Counted from the stretch's first letter, positions 1 through 10,166 are shown. The stretch is DNA of 64,000 nt from Anaerolineae bacterium (GCA_013178015.1 JABLXR010000005.1:38532-102531), one strand, 5' to 3'. The notes: generated by a model from the letters alone, not told the origin. Program-made: numbers and translations.

Positions 1-544
1 CACCCACGGAAGGCGCTACACCGAAGAGGAGCTATGGGATAACTACACCTACTTCATCCGCAGGGTGGTGCCCGTGGCCGAGGAGGCCGGCGTCTACATC
101 GGCATTCACCCCGACGACCCGCCCGTCTACGACCTGGGAGGGGTGCCCCGGTGCATCTTCGGCACCTTCGAGGGCTACCGTCGCGCCTTGGAGATCGCCG
201 ACAGCCCCAATGTGGGGGTGTGTCTGTGCGTGGGCTGCTGGCTGGAAGGCGGGGAGGCCATGGGCGCCAGCGTGATCGAGGCCATCCACTACTTCGGCTC
301 CCTCAGGAAGCTGTTCAAAGTGCACTTCCGCAACGTCACCGCCTCCATGCCCGAAGGCTTCACCGAGACCTTCCTCGACGAGGGCTACGGCGATATGGCC
401 GCCATCATGCGGGCCTTGCACGAGGTCGGCTTCGACGGGGCCGTCATCTCCGATCACCTGCAGGAGATGGTGGGCGGCCGGCGCGCGGCCGAGGCCTACG
501 CTATCGGCTACATGCGCGGCCTGGTCCAGGCAGTAGAGAGTTAG
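1..544 (+). CDS. uxuA: Mannonate dehydratase, C-terminal part; the 5' end lies upstream of the window
   Basis: The reading frame is open from nt 2. It carries the xylose-isomerase-like TIM-barrel motifs of UxuA (IHPDDPP, C-terminal SDHLQEM and AIGYMRGL, cf. E. coli DHGHQM and AIGRLKGL). Confidence 0.75.
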   Translation, partial: THGRRYTEEELWDNYTYFIRRVVPVAEEAGVYIGIHPDDPPVYDLGGVPRCIFGTFEGYRRALEIADSPNVGVCLCVGCWLEGGEAMGASVIEAIHYFGSLRKLFKVHFRNVTASMPEGFTETFLDEGYGDMAAIMRALHEVGFDGAVISDHLQEMVGGRRAAEAYAIGYMRGLVQAVES

Positions 545-555
545 GGGGAAGGGGG

Positions 556-619
556 CTCACGCCAAGACGCAAAGGGAAACCGCTATGTGGGCTCCGCGCT
601 TTGCCGTCTTTGCGTGAGG
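556..619. repeat. Imperfect hairpin element of CGCAAAG-word type, 7 nt after the uxuA stop
   Basis: Left arm CTCACGCCAAGACGCAAAGGG and right arm CGCTTTGCCGTCTTTGCGTGAGG are near reverse complements around a 20-nt loop. Its arm words match the element at 51725-51795. Confidence 0.6.
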
Positions 620-759
620 CGGGTACCTCCAGCGGATGGGGCTGAGGCGCTACCAGGGCGCGGGCGGCTAACACGGCCGGCGGTCCGCTCGCGCTAGCGA
701 CGGGCGTCACGAGAAGCGACGCCCGTCGCTGGCTGTTTTGCCGCGACGCAGTGCCGTCT

Positions 760-1545
760 CTATGGCGCTGGAACCTGCCAAGGCGTGTAGCTGTCCGTGG
801 CCGGGTACACCCGGAACTCCGGCTCTCCCCGAGCGGTGTCGCCCACGGAGGCGACCAGGCTTCCCTCGGCCCAGAGTTCCACCTTATACGGGTGGCCGTT
901 GCCTCCGTAGCGCCACATGTCGACGGGGAAGCCATCCAGCTTGAGGAAGCCGTTGGCATCTATGCGGCCATACCCCCTCGGGTTGACGTCCAGCCACTTG
1001 CCGTCTTCCCAACGGTACACCTTGATCCAGGAACTGCCATAGGGCCGCACGGCGGTGATGATGTTGCCCCCGTGGGCCGGCACTCCTAGCCACTCCCAGG
1101 TGAGCCTGGCAAAGGCCGCCCCCATATGCTCGTAGTACTCCATGCGGACGTGGTGCGGCCCTTCGCTCAACTCCACTTCCGCCGAGTGCGCCGTCCGCGA
1201 CATGTCGTGCCAGCGGTCTATGACCAGCCGGCCGTCGACGTACAGCCGGACGCCGTCGTCGGTCTCGGTGGTGAACCGCCACAGGCCCGCTTGCAGGTGA
1301 AGCGTCCCCGTCCAGCGAGCGGACCAGTTGTCGGAGGGGATGCGCCCGTCGGGGGAGCCGTAGCCCCAGTCGAAGCTGAGGGCGCTCTCATTGCGGGTGA
1401 CGGAGGGCGGTCCAGTTAGCCAAGGGTTGCTGTAGTACTCGGCGTACCACTGTCCTTCCTGAGCCGACGCCAGGGTGGGGGATGCCAGCACGGCCAGGCC
1501 CAACACTACCGCTACCAAGACCTTCAGTCGCAGTCCTCTGAGCAT
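760..1545 (-). CDS. Secreted PA14-domain protein
   Basis: N-terminal signal peptide (LKVLVAVVLGLAVLASPTLASAQ). PA14 core motif WRFTTETDDGVRLYVDGRLVIDRWH. Confidence 0.75.
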   Translation of the reverse strand: MLRGLRLKVLVAVVLGLAVLASPTLASAQEGQWYAEYYSNPWLTGPPSVTRNESALSFDWGYGSPDGRIPSDNWSARWTGTLHLQAGLWRFTTETDDGVRLYVDGRLVIDRWHDMSRTAHSAEVELSEGPHHVRMEYYEHMGAAFARLTWEWLGVPAHGGNIITAVRPYGSSWIKVYRWEDGKWLDVNPRGYGRIDANGFLKLDGFPVDMWRYGGNGHPYKVELWAEGSLVASVGDTARGEPEFRVYPATDSYTPWQVPAP

Positions 1546-2383
1546 CTTGTCCTACCTCCTTCTCCTCTCAGCACTTCGCAGCCCGACGGCTGAATCATAG
1601 CCTGACGCACCCGCCGAGACGCCGGGCAACAGGCGAGTCCGCTCACCGGCCTGCCGGCGAGTCTTTCGCCCGCCCGATCGGGCAGGGAGCTCACGTCCGA
1701 GCCGGAACCGAACTCGGCCCGACCGCCTGCGACCGGGTGCACAGTCCTGTACCGCGCAGCTATACCATCACCTCTACTATCTACCTTATAGACGTCAGCA
1801 CATGGTCCCTGGTTCCGGGAGGAAGACACGTTAGCGGGGCCGAACTCGCTCAGCTTTCGGGATACTGATGCCGCGCCGGGAACGCCCAGGAGCTGCTTTC
1901 CGGTGCACTTCTTACAGCGCCGGGCTACCATGCTGCGGCGACTGGCTACTCTGATCTGAGCTGCTGACTTCCAGCCTCGCCGAGGCCGGTGAGGGATCAG
2001 TTCGGCAGGGGGCAGGCCGACCCGACCGATGGCGCCGGCTACCCACTGGCAACACCCTGGGGGACAGCGGTGTCTACCCGGTGCAGCATCCGCCCGACCT
2101 CGACTGATCGCTGCCCTACGTCGCAGTAGTGCTGTTCTCTGAGCGCTGGTTGGTGCTGATCATGGAGGTCCCAAGTATGGCGACTGTGCACCTCGCCTCC
2201 CAGGGGGAGGACGGGTAGCTAATGGGGCGAATCGGGGAGGCCAAGGCGGATTACGGGAGGGCCGTACCGGCGATGAGTCTCGTGGCCGGCCTGTCGCGAT
2301 CGGTGCGGCGCGGCAAGCCGATCGAGAAGCTGAGGTAGCCACCTCCGCGGCCAGACGGGGCCGAACGGCTGTGCCCGGCTCGG

Positions 2384-2716
2384 GTGTCGCGGTCTGAGAG
2401 CATGACGATGACGCTGCCGGACATAAGGCTTACGTCGGAGATGCTTTGGTGGAGCGCGCTCGTCACCGCTCTGATTGACGTCGGGCTGATCCTCCTCCTG
2501 GTCCGTCGCATTCCGCGCGCCCGGTTCAACCAACTGCACTGGCCGGTGGCGCTGGCCGCGGGCATCTTCTGGGTGAGCTACGGGCTGCTTCTCTTCGCCC
2601 TGCCGGAGTACGTCCTCTACTGGGCCAGCGTCTTGAGCCTCGCTGTTCTGCTGCAACGCGGCCAGCGCTGGTGGGGAGCACGGCGAGGCCTGCGAACTAC
2701 TGGGTCTCGTTGGTAG
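2384..2716 (+). CDS. Hypothetical small membrane protein
   Basis: 110-aa ORF with two or three hydrophobic helices. No recognisable motif. It overlaps other ORF calls, so the coding status is uncertain. Confidence 0.2.
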   Translation: MSRSESMTMTLPDIRLTSEMLWWSALVTALIDVGLILLLVRRIPRARFNQLHWPVALAAGIFWVSYGLLLFALPEYVLYWASVLSLAVLLQRGQRWWGARRGLRTTGSRW

Positions 2717-2719
2717 AGA

Positions 2720-3199
2720 TCAGGACGCCGGCCGCACGCTGCGCGATCCAAGCGGTGTTGGCCTGGAGTGCGCCGGGAGCCTTCGCATGCTCGACCGATG
2801 CAGCATCCGCGACTGGCGCCCGCTCCAGTCGGGTCCGCCATCGGCGGGGGCCATGGCTCCACCCGGCGCCGATAGGAGGACTAGGCCCGCGCTGCTGAGG
2901 CCCACCAGCACCAGACCCACGTCCTCCACGATACCCAGGGAGACGGGGATGACCCCACTCAGCGAGTAGAGCACCGGCATCACCAGGATGTACCGCGGCA
3001 GTCCTTTCTCGCTCCACAGGAGCAAGCCCTGAGTGAAGGCGGTCAGCGGGCAGGGCACCAGGCCGAACGGCAGCGGCCGGAGGTACCCTCGCCAGAAGCA
3101 GGATGCCCTGGCGCGCGTGGCCCAGATCGTGGCCGAAGCCATCCAGCAGGACCGATCGGGCACGGCGCCGGTGCCCAACCTAACCGACGCGAGCTGCAT
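2720..3199 (-). CDS. Hypothetical membrane protein; start trimmed to an internal Met
   Basis: The long minus-strand ORF ends in hydrophobic segments (PLPFGLVPCPLTAFTQGLLLW, VIPVSLGIVEDVGLVLVGL). The N-terminal part of the listed ORF overlaps the ECF gene, so I trimmed it. Weak call. Confidence 0.3.
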   Translation of the reverse strand: MQLASVRLGTGAVPDRSCWMASATIWATRARASCFWRGYLRPLPFGLVPCPLTAFTQGLLLWSEKGLPRYILVMPVLYSLSGVIPVSLGIVEDVGLVLVGLSSAGLVLLSAPGGAMAPADGGPDWSGRQSRMLHRSSMRRLPAHSRPTPLGSRSVRPAS

Positions 3200-3309
3200 G
3201 CATCCGCCCCGATAGAGCGGGGCCGGGCTCCGGCCTCGCCCTACCTTGGTCCCTTCGGACGTCGCCGCTGCGCCCCCCGGACCGGGCCCTGGCAGGCGTG
3301 TGGGGCCGC

Positions 3310-3840
3310 TCAGCGCTCCCGCCAGGTGGTGGGGGTGGCCAACCGCTGCACCGGAGGCCACGCCCTCCGGATGGCGGCTGCCAGAGGTAGCCCGATCAGC
3401 CCGCCGGCGATAGCCTGGCTCAGGTTGCCGGGCACCTCGGTCGCGGCGGGGCCCAGCCCGTATAGGATGACCTCGGCCAGGAAGTACCCGCCGATCATGA
3501 TGATCGAGCCCACCAGCCAGCCCAGGAGATGGCCGCCTCGGCCGCCCCGCAGGGCCAGGTAGCCCGCCACCAGCCCCTGGAAGCCGTGGAACAGGAAGGA
3601 CAACGGCGCCCAGTGGGCGTAACCTCCCAGGACGTCGGCCAGCCCCGTGCCCAACCCTCCGGCGACGAAGCCAATGGCCGGCCCGAAGGCGAAGGCGGCG
3701 AAGTACACCCCGGCGTCACCGAGGTGAATGTAGCCTCGCGTGGGGGCGATGGGCACTCTGACCATGAGCGTCAGCACGGCCACCACGGCGGTCAGAACGC
3801 CGGCGACCACCAATCGGGAAGCGCTCCAGTTGCGAAACAT
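3310..3840 (-). CDS. ECF transporter S component (vitamin or precursor uptake, substrate unknown)
   Basis: Start at MFRNWSAS, with a GGAGG 7 nt upstream. It has multiple TM helices and ECF-S-like motifs (PTRGYIHLGDAGVYFAAFAFGP). Confidence 0.65.
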   Translation of the reverse strand: MFRNWSASRLVVAGVLTAVVAVLTLMVRVPIAPTRGYIHLGDAGVYFAAFAFGPAIGFVAGGLGTGLADVLGGYAHWAPLSFLFHGFQGLVAGYLALRGGRGGHLLGWLVGSIIMIGGYFLAEVILYGLGPAATEVPGNLSQAIAGGLIGLPLAAAIRRAWPPVQRLATPTTWRER

Positions 3841-3867
3841 CCGGTAACCTCCTTGCCTCTGCAGAAT

Positions 3868-3958
3868 GATGCGTGATACGTGATGTGTGATGCGTGACAC
3901 GTGGGCTGTATCGGCGAGAGTGGATGTCACGTATCACGTATCACGCATCACGCATCAC
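3868..3958. repeat. Imperfect palindrome built from GTGATAC/GTGATGC direct word repeats
   Basis: Arms GATGCGTGATACGTGATGTGTGATGCGTGACACGTG and GATGTCACGTATCACGTATCACGCATCACGCATCAC lie between the MocR stop and the ECF-S start. It contains the TCACGC core shared with other elements. Confidence 0.6.
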
Positions 3959-5463
3959 ACGAACGGGCGCTCTTGGCTGGGATCGGCGCGGCGGACGCCT
4001 GGCCTCCGGGCCAGGTCTTCGATCGCCCGGGCTAGCCGGCGCACTCCCTCGGCGATCTCGCCCTCGCTCCGGAAGGCGAACCCCAGGCGCATGAAGCCCT
4101 CACCGCCCGCGTGGGTGAAGAACATGGGCCCAGGGGCGAACGAGACTCCCAGTTCCCCAGCTCGCTCCAGCAGGTCGCTCGAGGCCACCCCATCCGGCAG
4201 CGCGCACCACACGTACAGCCCGCCCGCCGGCTGGCTCCAGCCGACGCCAGCCGGCATATGTCGCTCCAGCGCCTGCAGCATGGCGTCCCGGCGGCGGCGG
4301 AACGTCTGCCTCAGCCAGTGGAGATGGGCCGGAAAGGATTCACCTCGCAGCAGATCGTGGACCACCAGTTGCACCAGGTTGTTGGGGTGGAGGTCCATAT
4401 CCTGGCGCAGCCGCAGGAGGGGTTCCACGATGGGAGGCGGCGCCAGCACCCATCCCAACCTCAACCCGGAGCCTAGCAGGGAGGAGAGACCACCCAGATA
4501 CACCACGTAGCCCCCGTCGTCCAGCGAGCGAATGGGCGGCGGCAGGGGGTCCTCGAAGTGAAGCTCCCCATGGAGGTCATCCTCCAGGATGGGGATCTGG
4601 TGGCGCCGGGCCAGGGCCAGCAGCGCCGCCCGGCGGTCGAGGCTCATCAAGCTGCCGGTAGGGTTCTGGAAGTTGGGGTTGGTGTAGATCAGGCGGACGT
4701 CGGCGTGAGCGAGGTAGTGTCCTGCCGCTTCCACCTGCATGCCCTCGTCGTCCACGGGCACGCCCACCGGCCGGGCTCCAATGGAGCGGAACACGGAAAG
4801 GGCTCCCAGGTAGGTGGGAGACTCGACCAGGACCACGTCACCCGGGTCCAGCAGCAAGCGCGCTACCAGGTAGAGCCCCTGCTGGGTGCCAGAGGTGACG
4901 ATCACCTGGCCGGCGGAAGCGTCCCGGCATCCCTTGAACCTGAGCTCCCGTGCCAGTTCCTCCCGCAGCGGAGTGAGACCGGCGATGGGCGAATCCTCCA
5001 GGAGGGCGGCCATGCGGCTATTGACCACTCTCTGGACCACCTGGGCCAGGGCCAGGTGCGGAGAGCCGGTGATGTCTGCCACCCCAGTGGCGAAGGAGAT
5101 CACGCCCGGCCGGGAGCTCAGTTGGGCCACCCTCTCGCCGATGCCCGTCTCCGGCCACCGAGGACGGGACCGCATCAGGCCAGACCAGGCCAGAGGAAGC
5201 GCGGGCGGCTCGGCGAGCTCCTCCGTCGCGCCCAGCACCACGGTACCCACGCCGACGCGCCCTTCCACCAGGCCATCGGCGGCCAGGCTGCCGTAGGCGT
5301 TGACCACAGTGGTGCGGTTGACGCCCAGGCGCTCGGCCAGCTCCCGCTCCGAGGGCAGCCTGTGACCGGCGGGTAGGATCCCCTCCAATATGAGCGCGCG
5401 TATCTGCTGCTCAATCTGGCGGTAGAGAGGGACCTTGCCCTCTCTATCAACGGTCACCTGCAC
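3955..5463 (-). CDS. MocR-family regulator: GntR winged helix-turn-helix fused to a PLP aminotransferase-like domain
   Basis: N-terminal wHTH (PLYRQIEQQIRALILEGILPAGHRLPSERELAERLGVNRTTV) plus a fold-I aminotransferase domain. GTG start at 5463 preceded by AGGAG; the ATG at 5529 is an alternative. Confidence 0.85.
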   Translation of the reverse strand: MQVTVDREGKVPLYRQIEQQIRALILEGILPAGHRLPSERELAERLGVNRTTVVNAYGSLAADGLVEGRVGVGTVVLGATEELAEPPALPLAWSGLMRSRPRWPETGIGERVAQLSSRPGVISFATGVADITGSPHLALAQVVQRVVNSRMAALLEDSPIAGLTPLREELARELRFKGCRDASAGQVIVTSGTQQGLYLVARLLLDPGDVVLVESPTYLGALSVFRSIGARPVGVPVDDEGMQVEAAGHYLAHADVRLIYTNPNFQNPTGSLMSLDRRAALLALARRHQIPILEDDLHGELHFEDPLPPPIRSLDDGGYVVYLGGLSSLLGSGLRLGWVLAPPPIVEPLLRLRQDMDLHPNNLVQLVVHDLLRGESFPAHLHWLRQTFRRRRDAMLQALERHMPAGVGWSQPAGGLYVWCALPDGVASSDLLERAGELGVSFAPGPMFFTHAGGEGFMRLGFAFRSEGEIAEGVRRLARAIEDLARRPGVRRADPSQERPFV

Positions 5464-5727
5464 GGCCGCTCTCCTAATGGATGCATCCACTATAGGGTAG
5501 CTGCGGGCATGGCGCCTGTAAACAGCCAATGCTGCCCCTGTGGGCGCAGTCCATTGAGGAAGTGGATTGGTCCGGCCGGGTCCCCCCGGCCGGGGCGCAG
5601 TACGCCCCAGAGCCCGGTCTGACGCACCTCCCGGCGGGCAGGCAACTGCCGCCTTCGCGGGGGAGGGCAGGAGGCCCCAGGGCGGGCGCCGGGCCGAGGG
5701 GCCTGATGGCCCAGGGTGAAGGTCGGT

Positions 5728-6453
5728 CTAGGTGCCTCGCCCCGCCCTTGGGAGAGGGCGCTCCTCCAGAGCGACGGCCAGCGCTGCCTCCGCGTGGAGG
5801 CGGGTAGTGTCGAATACTGGCAGAGCCAGGTCGTCCTGCCCGATGAGAAGGGGGATCTCGGTGCACCCGAGGATGACACCTTGAGCCCCCTGCGCCTCCA
5901 GTTCGGCGATGGCTTGCAGGTAGGTGGCTTTGGACTGGGGCCGGACCTCCCCGTTGGTCAGCTCCTCGTAGATGATGCGGCTCACCTGCTCTTGCTGGTC
6001 GGCAGAGGGCACCACCGCCGTCAGACCGTAGGCCGATAGCCGGTCACGGTAGAAGGGATGCTGCATGGTGGTGGTAGTCCCCAGTAGCCCCACCCGCGTG
6101 AGCCCTCTGGCCAGGATCGCCTCCGCGGTCACGTCAATGATGTGGAGCAGCGGTATGGGGGAGCGGCGCTGGGCCGACTCGAAGGCGATGTGCATGGTGT
6201 TGGTGGCGATGAGGGCGAAGTCGGCTCCGGCAGCGTGGAGCCGGCGAGCGGCGTCGCCCAGGGCGGCCGCGGCCTCCTCCCAGGCCTGATCGGCGGTCCA
6301 GCGGCGGCAGTCGGCGAAGGGCACGCTGTAGATGACGACGGGCGGGTAGTTCACATCGCCGTGATGAGCGCGGTACGTCCAGTGGATGTGCTCGTAGTAG
6401 ACCAGAGTGCTCTCGGGGCTCATGCCCCCTATGATGCCGATGGTCTTGCGCAT
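5728..6453 (-). CDS. Asp/Glu/hydantoin racemase-family protein (aspartate racemase-like)
   Basis: Motifs IGIIGGMSPESTL and VILGCTEIPLL are typical of the Asp/Glu racemase family. Confidence 0.8.
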   Translation of the reverse strand: MRKTIGIIGGMSPESTLVYYEHIHWTYRAHHGDVNYPPVVIYSVPFADCRRWTADQAWEEAAAALGDAARRLHAAGADFALIATNTMHIAFESAQRRSPIPLLHIIDVTAEAILARGLTRVGLLGTTTTMQHPFYRDRLSAYGLTAVVPSADQQEQVSRIIYEELTNGEVRPQSKATYLQAIAELEAQGAQGVILGCTEIPLLIGQDDLALPVFDTTRLHAEAALAVALEERPLPRAGRGT

Positions 6454-6461
6454 GGCTCCCC

Positions 6462-7091
6462 CTATCGCTTCAGCCGGCTGTAGTAGGAGTGGCTGGTGTA
6501 GAGCACCGCCGCCGGGTTGTGCCCCGTGACCCGATCTTTGGCCACCAGGACGGTGACGGGCGCCTCCGAGTGGCGGAAGAAGAGGCTATCGTGTCCCACG
6601 CACAATCCCACCGCCACGTTCAGGTGCGTCCCTGCCCGGTTCAGCAGCGTCGCCTGGCTGATGGGGTTGCAGAGCGCCTCAAACTGGCCCGGGCGTATCT
6701 TCTCCTCGTCCGTCAGGCCAATCTCCTCTTTGGGAATGGAGCCTACCTTGCAGCACACGGAGGCGACCTCGAAGCCGTTAGCTTCGAGGATCTCCTGCAG
6801 CATCGAGGCCTCCCGTATCAACCCCACGCAGGAGGCAATGCCCAGGCGCGTGGCCCCGATGCGGCGGGCGAAGCTCATCACCTCCTCCACCCGGGGCTCC
6901 AGAGGGTATCGGTCGGCTTCGGTGCGGGCGGCGGCCAGAGCGAACTCCTGCGTCGCCCGGTCGTCGTAGGCTCGCCTGGCGTCGGCCAAGATATCGGCAC
7001 TGTGGCTCATGGGGCAGAAGGCTGGGTATGGCTTGGTTCCCGGTGCAGCCCTGCAGGCCTGTACCCGGCAGGTGGCGCATCTAAGCTCCAT
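6462..7091 (-). CDS. DUF1847-like Cys-rich metal-binding protein
   Basis: N-terminal Cys cluster (CATCRVQACR...FCPMS) and C-terminal CCKVG/CVGHD motifs. The family assignment is from recollection. Confidence 0.5.
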   Translation of the reverse strand: MELRCATCRVQACRAAPGTKPYPAFCPMSHSADILADARRAYDDRATQEFALAAARTEADRYPLEPRVEEVMSFARRIGATRLGIASCVGLIREASMLQEILEANGFEVASVCCKVGSIPKEEIGLTDEEKIRPGQFEALCNPISQATLLNRAGTHLNVAVGLCVGHDSLFFRHSEAPVTVLVAKDRVTGHNPAAVLYTSHSYYSRLKR

Positions 7092-7166
7092 GATGACACA
7101 CTCCTCATGTGACGGTACGGTGACGGGCGGGCTCCGGGCGCCGCTCCTGTGGCCCAGTCGCTCGTT

Positions 7167-8438
7167 CTAGCGGCCGGCGCCATCATGTCGTAGGTCGCGG
7201 TGCAGGGTCTCAGGCACGGTCGCCAGAAGGGGCAGACGCACCGTCAGGTCAATGACGATGGGCAACAGGAATACCCACGCGGGATTCCAGTGCCGGTAGA
7301 TCAGGCCGCCGATGACGGGCGCCGGAATGGTAACCACGCCGCCCAGTACCCCCAGCACCCCGTGCCATCGGCCGGCCATCTCAGCCGGTACCAACTCCAG
7401 ACCCATGGCACCTGCGGCCCCCGACGAGATGCTGTAGAAGGTGTACAGCGCGGCTGCGCCTATGAGCATGTAGGCATCGTGCGCCAGGACCAGCAAGATG
7501 AAGGCGCCGTACCATAGCGGCGTGAGGGCATAGATAAGGCGCTTCCGGCCCAACCTATCGGCCAACCGTCCCAGGGGAATGCCGAAGGCCAGCCGGGTCA
7601 GGATCATGGCAGTCGTCATGGCCGCCAGGATCACGGCATTGGCCCCCTTGAACTCGTAGGCGTAGAGCTGCATGAAGGGAGTGGTGATCGCCAGCGGGAT
7701 GGACGTCAGCATGGCCACAGCGGTCCATCTCTTGAGCGGGCTACCGGTATCGAGGAGTTGCCGGAAGTCCGCCGCCACGTCCCTCAGCTTGATGCCGTGC
7801 AGCCCTCGGATGTGAGACGGCTCCTGCAGCCAGCGGAAGACCAGGTGGAAGACCATGAGGTAGCCTATCACCCGGATCCAGTACAGGGGCCGGATGCCCT
7901 CTGTCGTCAGCCCCCCGGAGTGGGCGACCAGGGCCGCCGCGATCATGGGCGCCACCAGGCTACTCAGACTGGCCAGGGTCACACAGGTGTTCTGGGCCGT
8001 GACCCTATCCCTGTTGGCGACAGAATCTCGGCAGATGACGCTGCATCCTGCGCTCAGGAATTGGGAGGCGGGGACCATGGCGATGCTTGCCAGGACGATC
8101 AGGTGCCAGGTGGGAGCCAACCCGTATAGGAGGGTGCCCACGGCCGTCAGCAGGACGCCCGACGCGTACAGCTTCCTGAGGCTGTACCGGTCCACCAACC
8201 AGCCGACAGGTAGCGAGAGCATCGCCCCGAAGGCAGAGGCTATGCTGCTGATGCTGCCAAGTTGCACCGGATTAGCCCCCAGCCCGGTGACGTAGATCGA
8301 GTCGTACTGGGCCGTCAGGTTCATGAGGAAGCTGCTCATGGCCTGACGACCCACCGCCACCCGGTAGTTGAGCTTCTGTCGGGCCATGAATCCCTTGGCG
8401 TTGGTCACCGCATCAGCTAGCGCCTTCATCTCTCCCAC
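7167..8438 (-). CDS. MFS transporter
   Basis: About 12 predicted TM helices and an MFS-like loop motif (GRLADRLGRKR). Confidence 0.85.
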   Translation of the reverse strand: MGEMKALADAVTNAKGFMARQKLNYRVAVGRQAMSSFLMNLTAQYDSIYVTGLGANPVQLGSISSIASAFGAMLSLPVGWLVDRYSLRKLYASGVLLTAVGTLLYGLAPTWHLIVLASIAMVPASQFLSAGCSVICRDSVANRDRVTAQNTCVTLASLSSLVAPMIAAALVAHSGGLTTEGIRPLYWIRVIGYLMVFHLVFRWLQEPSHIRGLHGIKLRDVAADFRQLLDTGSPLKRWTAVAMLTSIPLAITTPFMQLYAYEFKGANAVILAAMTTAMILTRLAFGIPLGRLADRLGRKRLIYALTPLWYGAFILLVLAHDAYMLIGAAALYTFYSISSGAAGAMGLELVPAEMAGRWHGVLGVLGGVVTIPAPVIGGLIYRHWNPAWVFLLPIVIDLTVRLPLLATVPETLHRDLRHDGAGR

Positions 8439-8522
8439 TCACAGCCGGATAGGCCGGCTACTGAACCCATCAGGCCAAAGGCTGCCTGAACGGCTACACT
8501 CCCTGAGCGGCGGAGTGTAGGC

Positions 8523-10166
8523 CTATGGCCAGGGCCTGAGGTAGAGCTCACGCACGTAGCGGTCCAGGAAATCAGCCTCCTCCGAGAGCTTGACATGGCC
8601 GATGCGGGGGGCGATCCGCTCAGCATCGGCTCTCCTCTCCCGAGAAAGCAGCATCTGTCTGGCCCCGGTCAGAGCGCCGTTGCCGATCTTGACCAGTTTC
8701 TCCTTCCTGGCCGGAAGAACGCCGATGGCCATGGCACTATCCAGGCTCACGTAGTTGCCGAACCCCCCCGCCAGATAGATCCTGTCAACCCCTTCCAGGT
8801 CGACCCCGTACTTGCGCATCAGGGTCTGCTGGTTGAGGGCGGAGCCCGCCTTGGCCAGCCTCAGCTCGTTTATGTCCTTCTGAGTGATGCCGATCCTGCG
8901 GCCGTTCTGGGAGATGACAAACTCATTAGCTGCCCTGTAGGCCTGGGCCAGCCTGCCGCTCCGATCGATAATTCCGTTCTTCAGCATCTCGGCCAGCAGG
9001 TCTATGAGACCTGACCCGCAGATGCCCACTGCGGGCTTGTCCCCAATGGTCTCATACCGGACCGCCCCATTCAGGATGCTGACGTTCTTGATGGCTCCTT
9101 CTATCGCGCCCGTGCCGCAGCTCACGGTAGCGCCCTCAAACGCGCCCCCGGCAGCGTTTGAGGCGGCCAGGATGCGCTCCCGGCTCCCAATGGCCACTTC
9201 GCCGTTGGTGCCGATATCTACCACCATGACGGGACGCTCCACTCGGTGTAGGCCGCTCGCCAGAATGACGGCTAGGCAGTCGGCCCCCACCTGGCCGGCC
9301 ACGAGAGGAGCGCCGTAGACGTTGGCTCTGGGGTTGATCTCCAAGCCGACTGCATCGGCATCCAGGTTGATGGGCGAAATGTCTTGAGGCTCATACGGGC
9401 TGGTACCCAGTGAGTGGACGCTCAGGCCGAAAAAGAGATTGCGCATGGTGGGGTTGCCCACTACCACGGCCTCGTAGATGTGATCCACTGTGCTCCGGCC
9501 CTCTCTTCCCTCGAAGGTGCGCAGAGCCGAGTTGACCGCCTCCACTACCACGCGCTGGAGCCGTCGGAGGCCATCCTCGTGAGTGTCGGCATAGCCGATC
9601 CGTGAGATGACATCGTCTCCGTAAGCCGCCTGGGGGTTCCTGCAGGCCAGGGTTGCCACTACCTCGCCGCTCTCCAAGTCCACGATCTGGGCTACCAGGG
9701 TAGTGGTCCCCACATCCACAGCTAGGCCGAGAAGCTCGCCTTCGTATGCTCCCAGGGAATGGATCCGCTCCTCGCGCAAGACGACCCGGTCCCCCTCCCT
9801 CGACACGTGGGGATCCAGGCGGATCATCCCCTGGTCCGTGCTCTCCGTGAGGATGGTGTACTCACCGGCCGCCCAGATGTAGACGACGACATCCCTAGCG
9901 CTTGATATGATCCTCGCCTGGCAGGCCAGCCGCTCGTCTCGCGCCAGGGGGAATCTGCGCTCGGCCTCTGTCCTCTCTGCCAGACTCTCGCCTCCGCTCT
10001 CCACCCTGACCACACACTTGCCGCACTGCCCTCGGCCGCCACAAGCGCTGGCTACCTGAATCCCCAGCCGCCAGGCGTGATCCCATAACGTCGCCCCTTC
10101 CTCAATCGAGACGCCGTTCCTGCCCCGGGCGTACTGGGGGAATATCACTCTGTGCTCGTGTGCCAT
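8523..10166 (-). CDS. 2Fe-2S ferredoxin / ASKHA (DUF4445) protein, RACo-like corrinoid reductive activase
   Basis: Plant-type ferredoxin Cys motif (CGGRGQCGKCVV...C) followed by a DUF4445 ATPase-like domain. Start at MAHEH, with GAGGAG 6 nt upstream. Confidence 0.75.
   Translation of the reverse strand: MAHEHRVIFPQYARGRNGVSIEEGATLWDHAWRLGIQVASACGGRGQCGKCVVRVESGGESLAERTEAERRFPLARDERLACQARIISSARDVVVYIWAAGEYTILTESTDQGMIRLDPHVSREGDRVVLREERIHSLGAYEGELLGLAVDVGTTTLVAQIVDLESGEVVATLACRNPQAAYGDDVISRIGYADTHEDGLRRLQRVVVEAVNSALRTFEGREGRSTVDHIYEAVVVGNPTMRNLFFGLSVHSLGTSPYEPQDISPINLDADAVGLEINPRANVYGAPLVAGQVGADCLAVILASGLHRVERPVMVVDIGTNGEVAIGSRERILAASNAAGGAFEGATVSCGTGAIEGAIKNVSILNGAVRYETIGDKPAVGICGSGLIDLLAEMLKNGIIDRSGRLAQAYRAANEFVISQNGRRIGITQKDINELRLAKAGSALNQQTLMRKYGVDLEGVDRIYLAGGFGNYVSLDSAMAIGVLPARKEKLVKIGNGALTGARQMLLSRERRADAERIAPRIGHVKLSEEADFLDRYVRELYLRPWP

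Noticed and set aside
2720-3361. Full 213-aa minus-strand ORF as annotated by the ORF track
   Set aside because: Its N-terminal 54 codons overlap the ECF S-component gene on the same strand in another frame. I kept only the C-terminal hydrophobic part, as a low-confidence gene.
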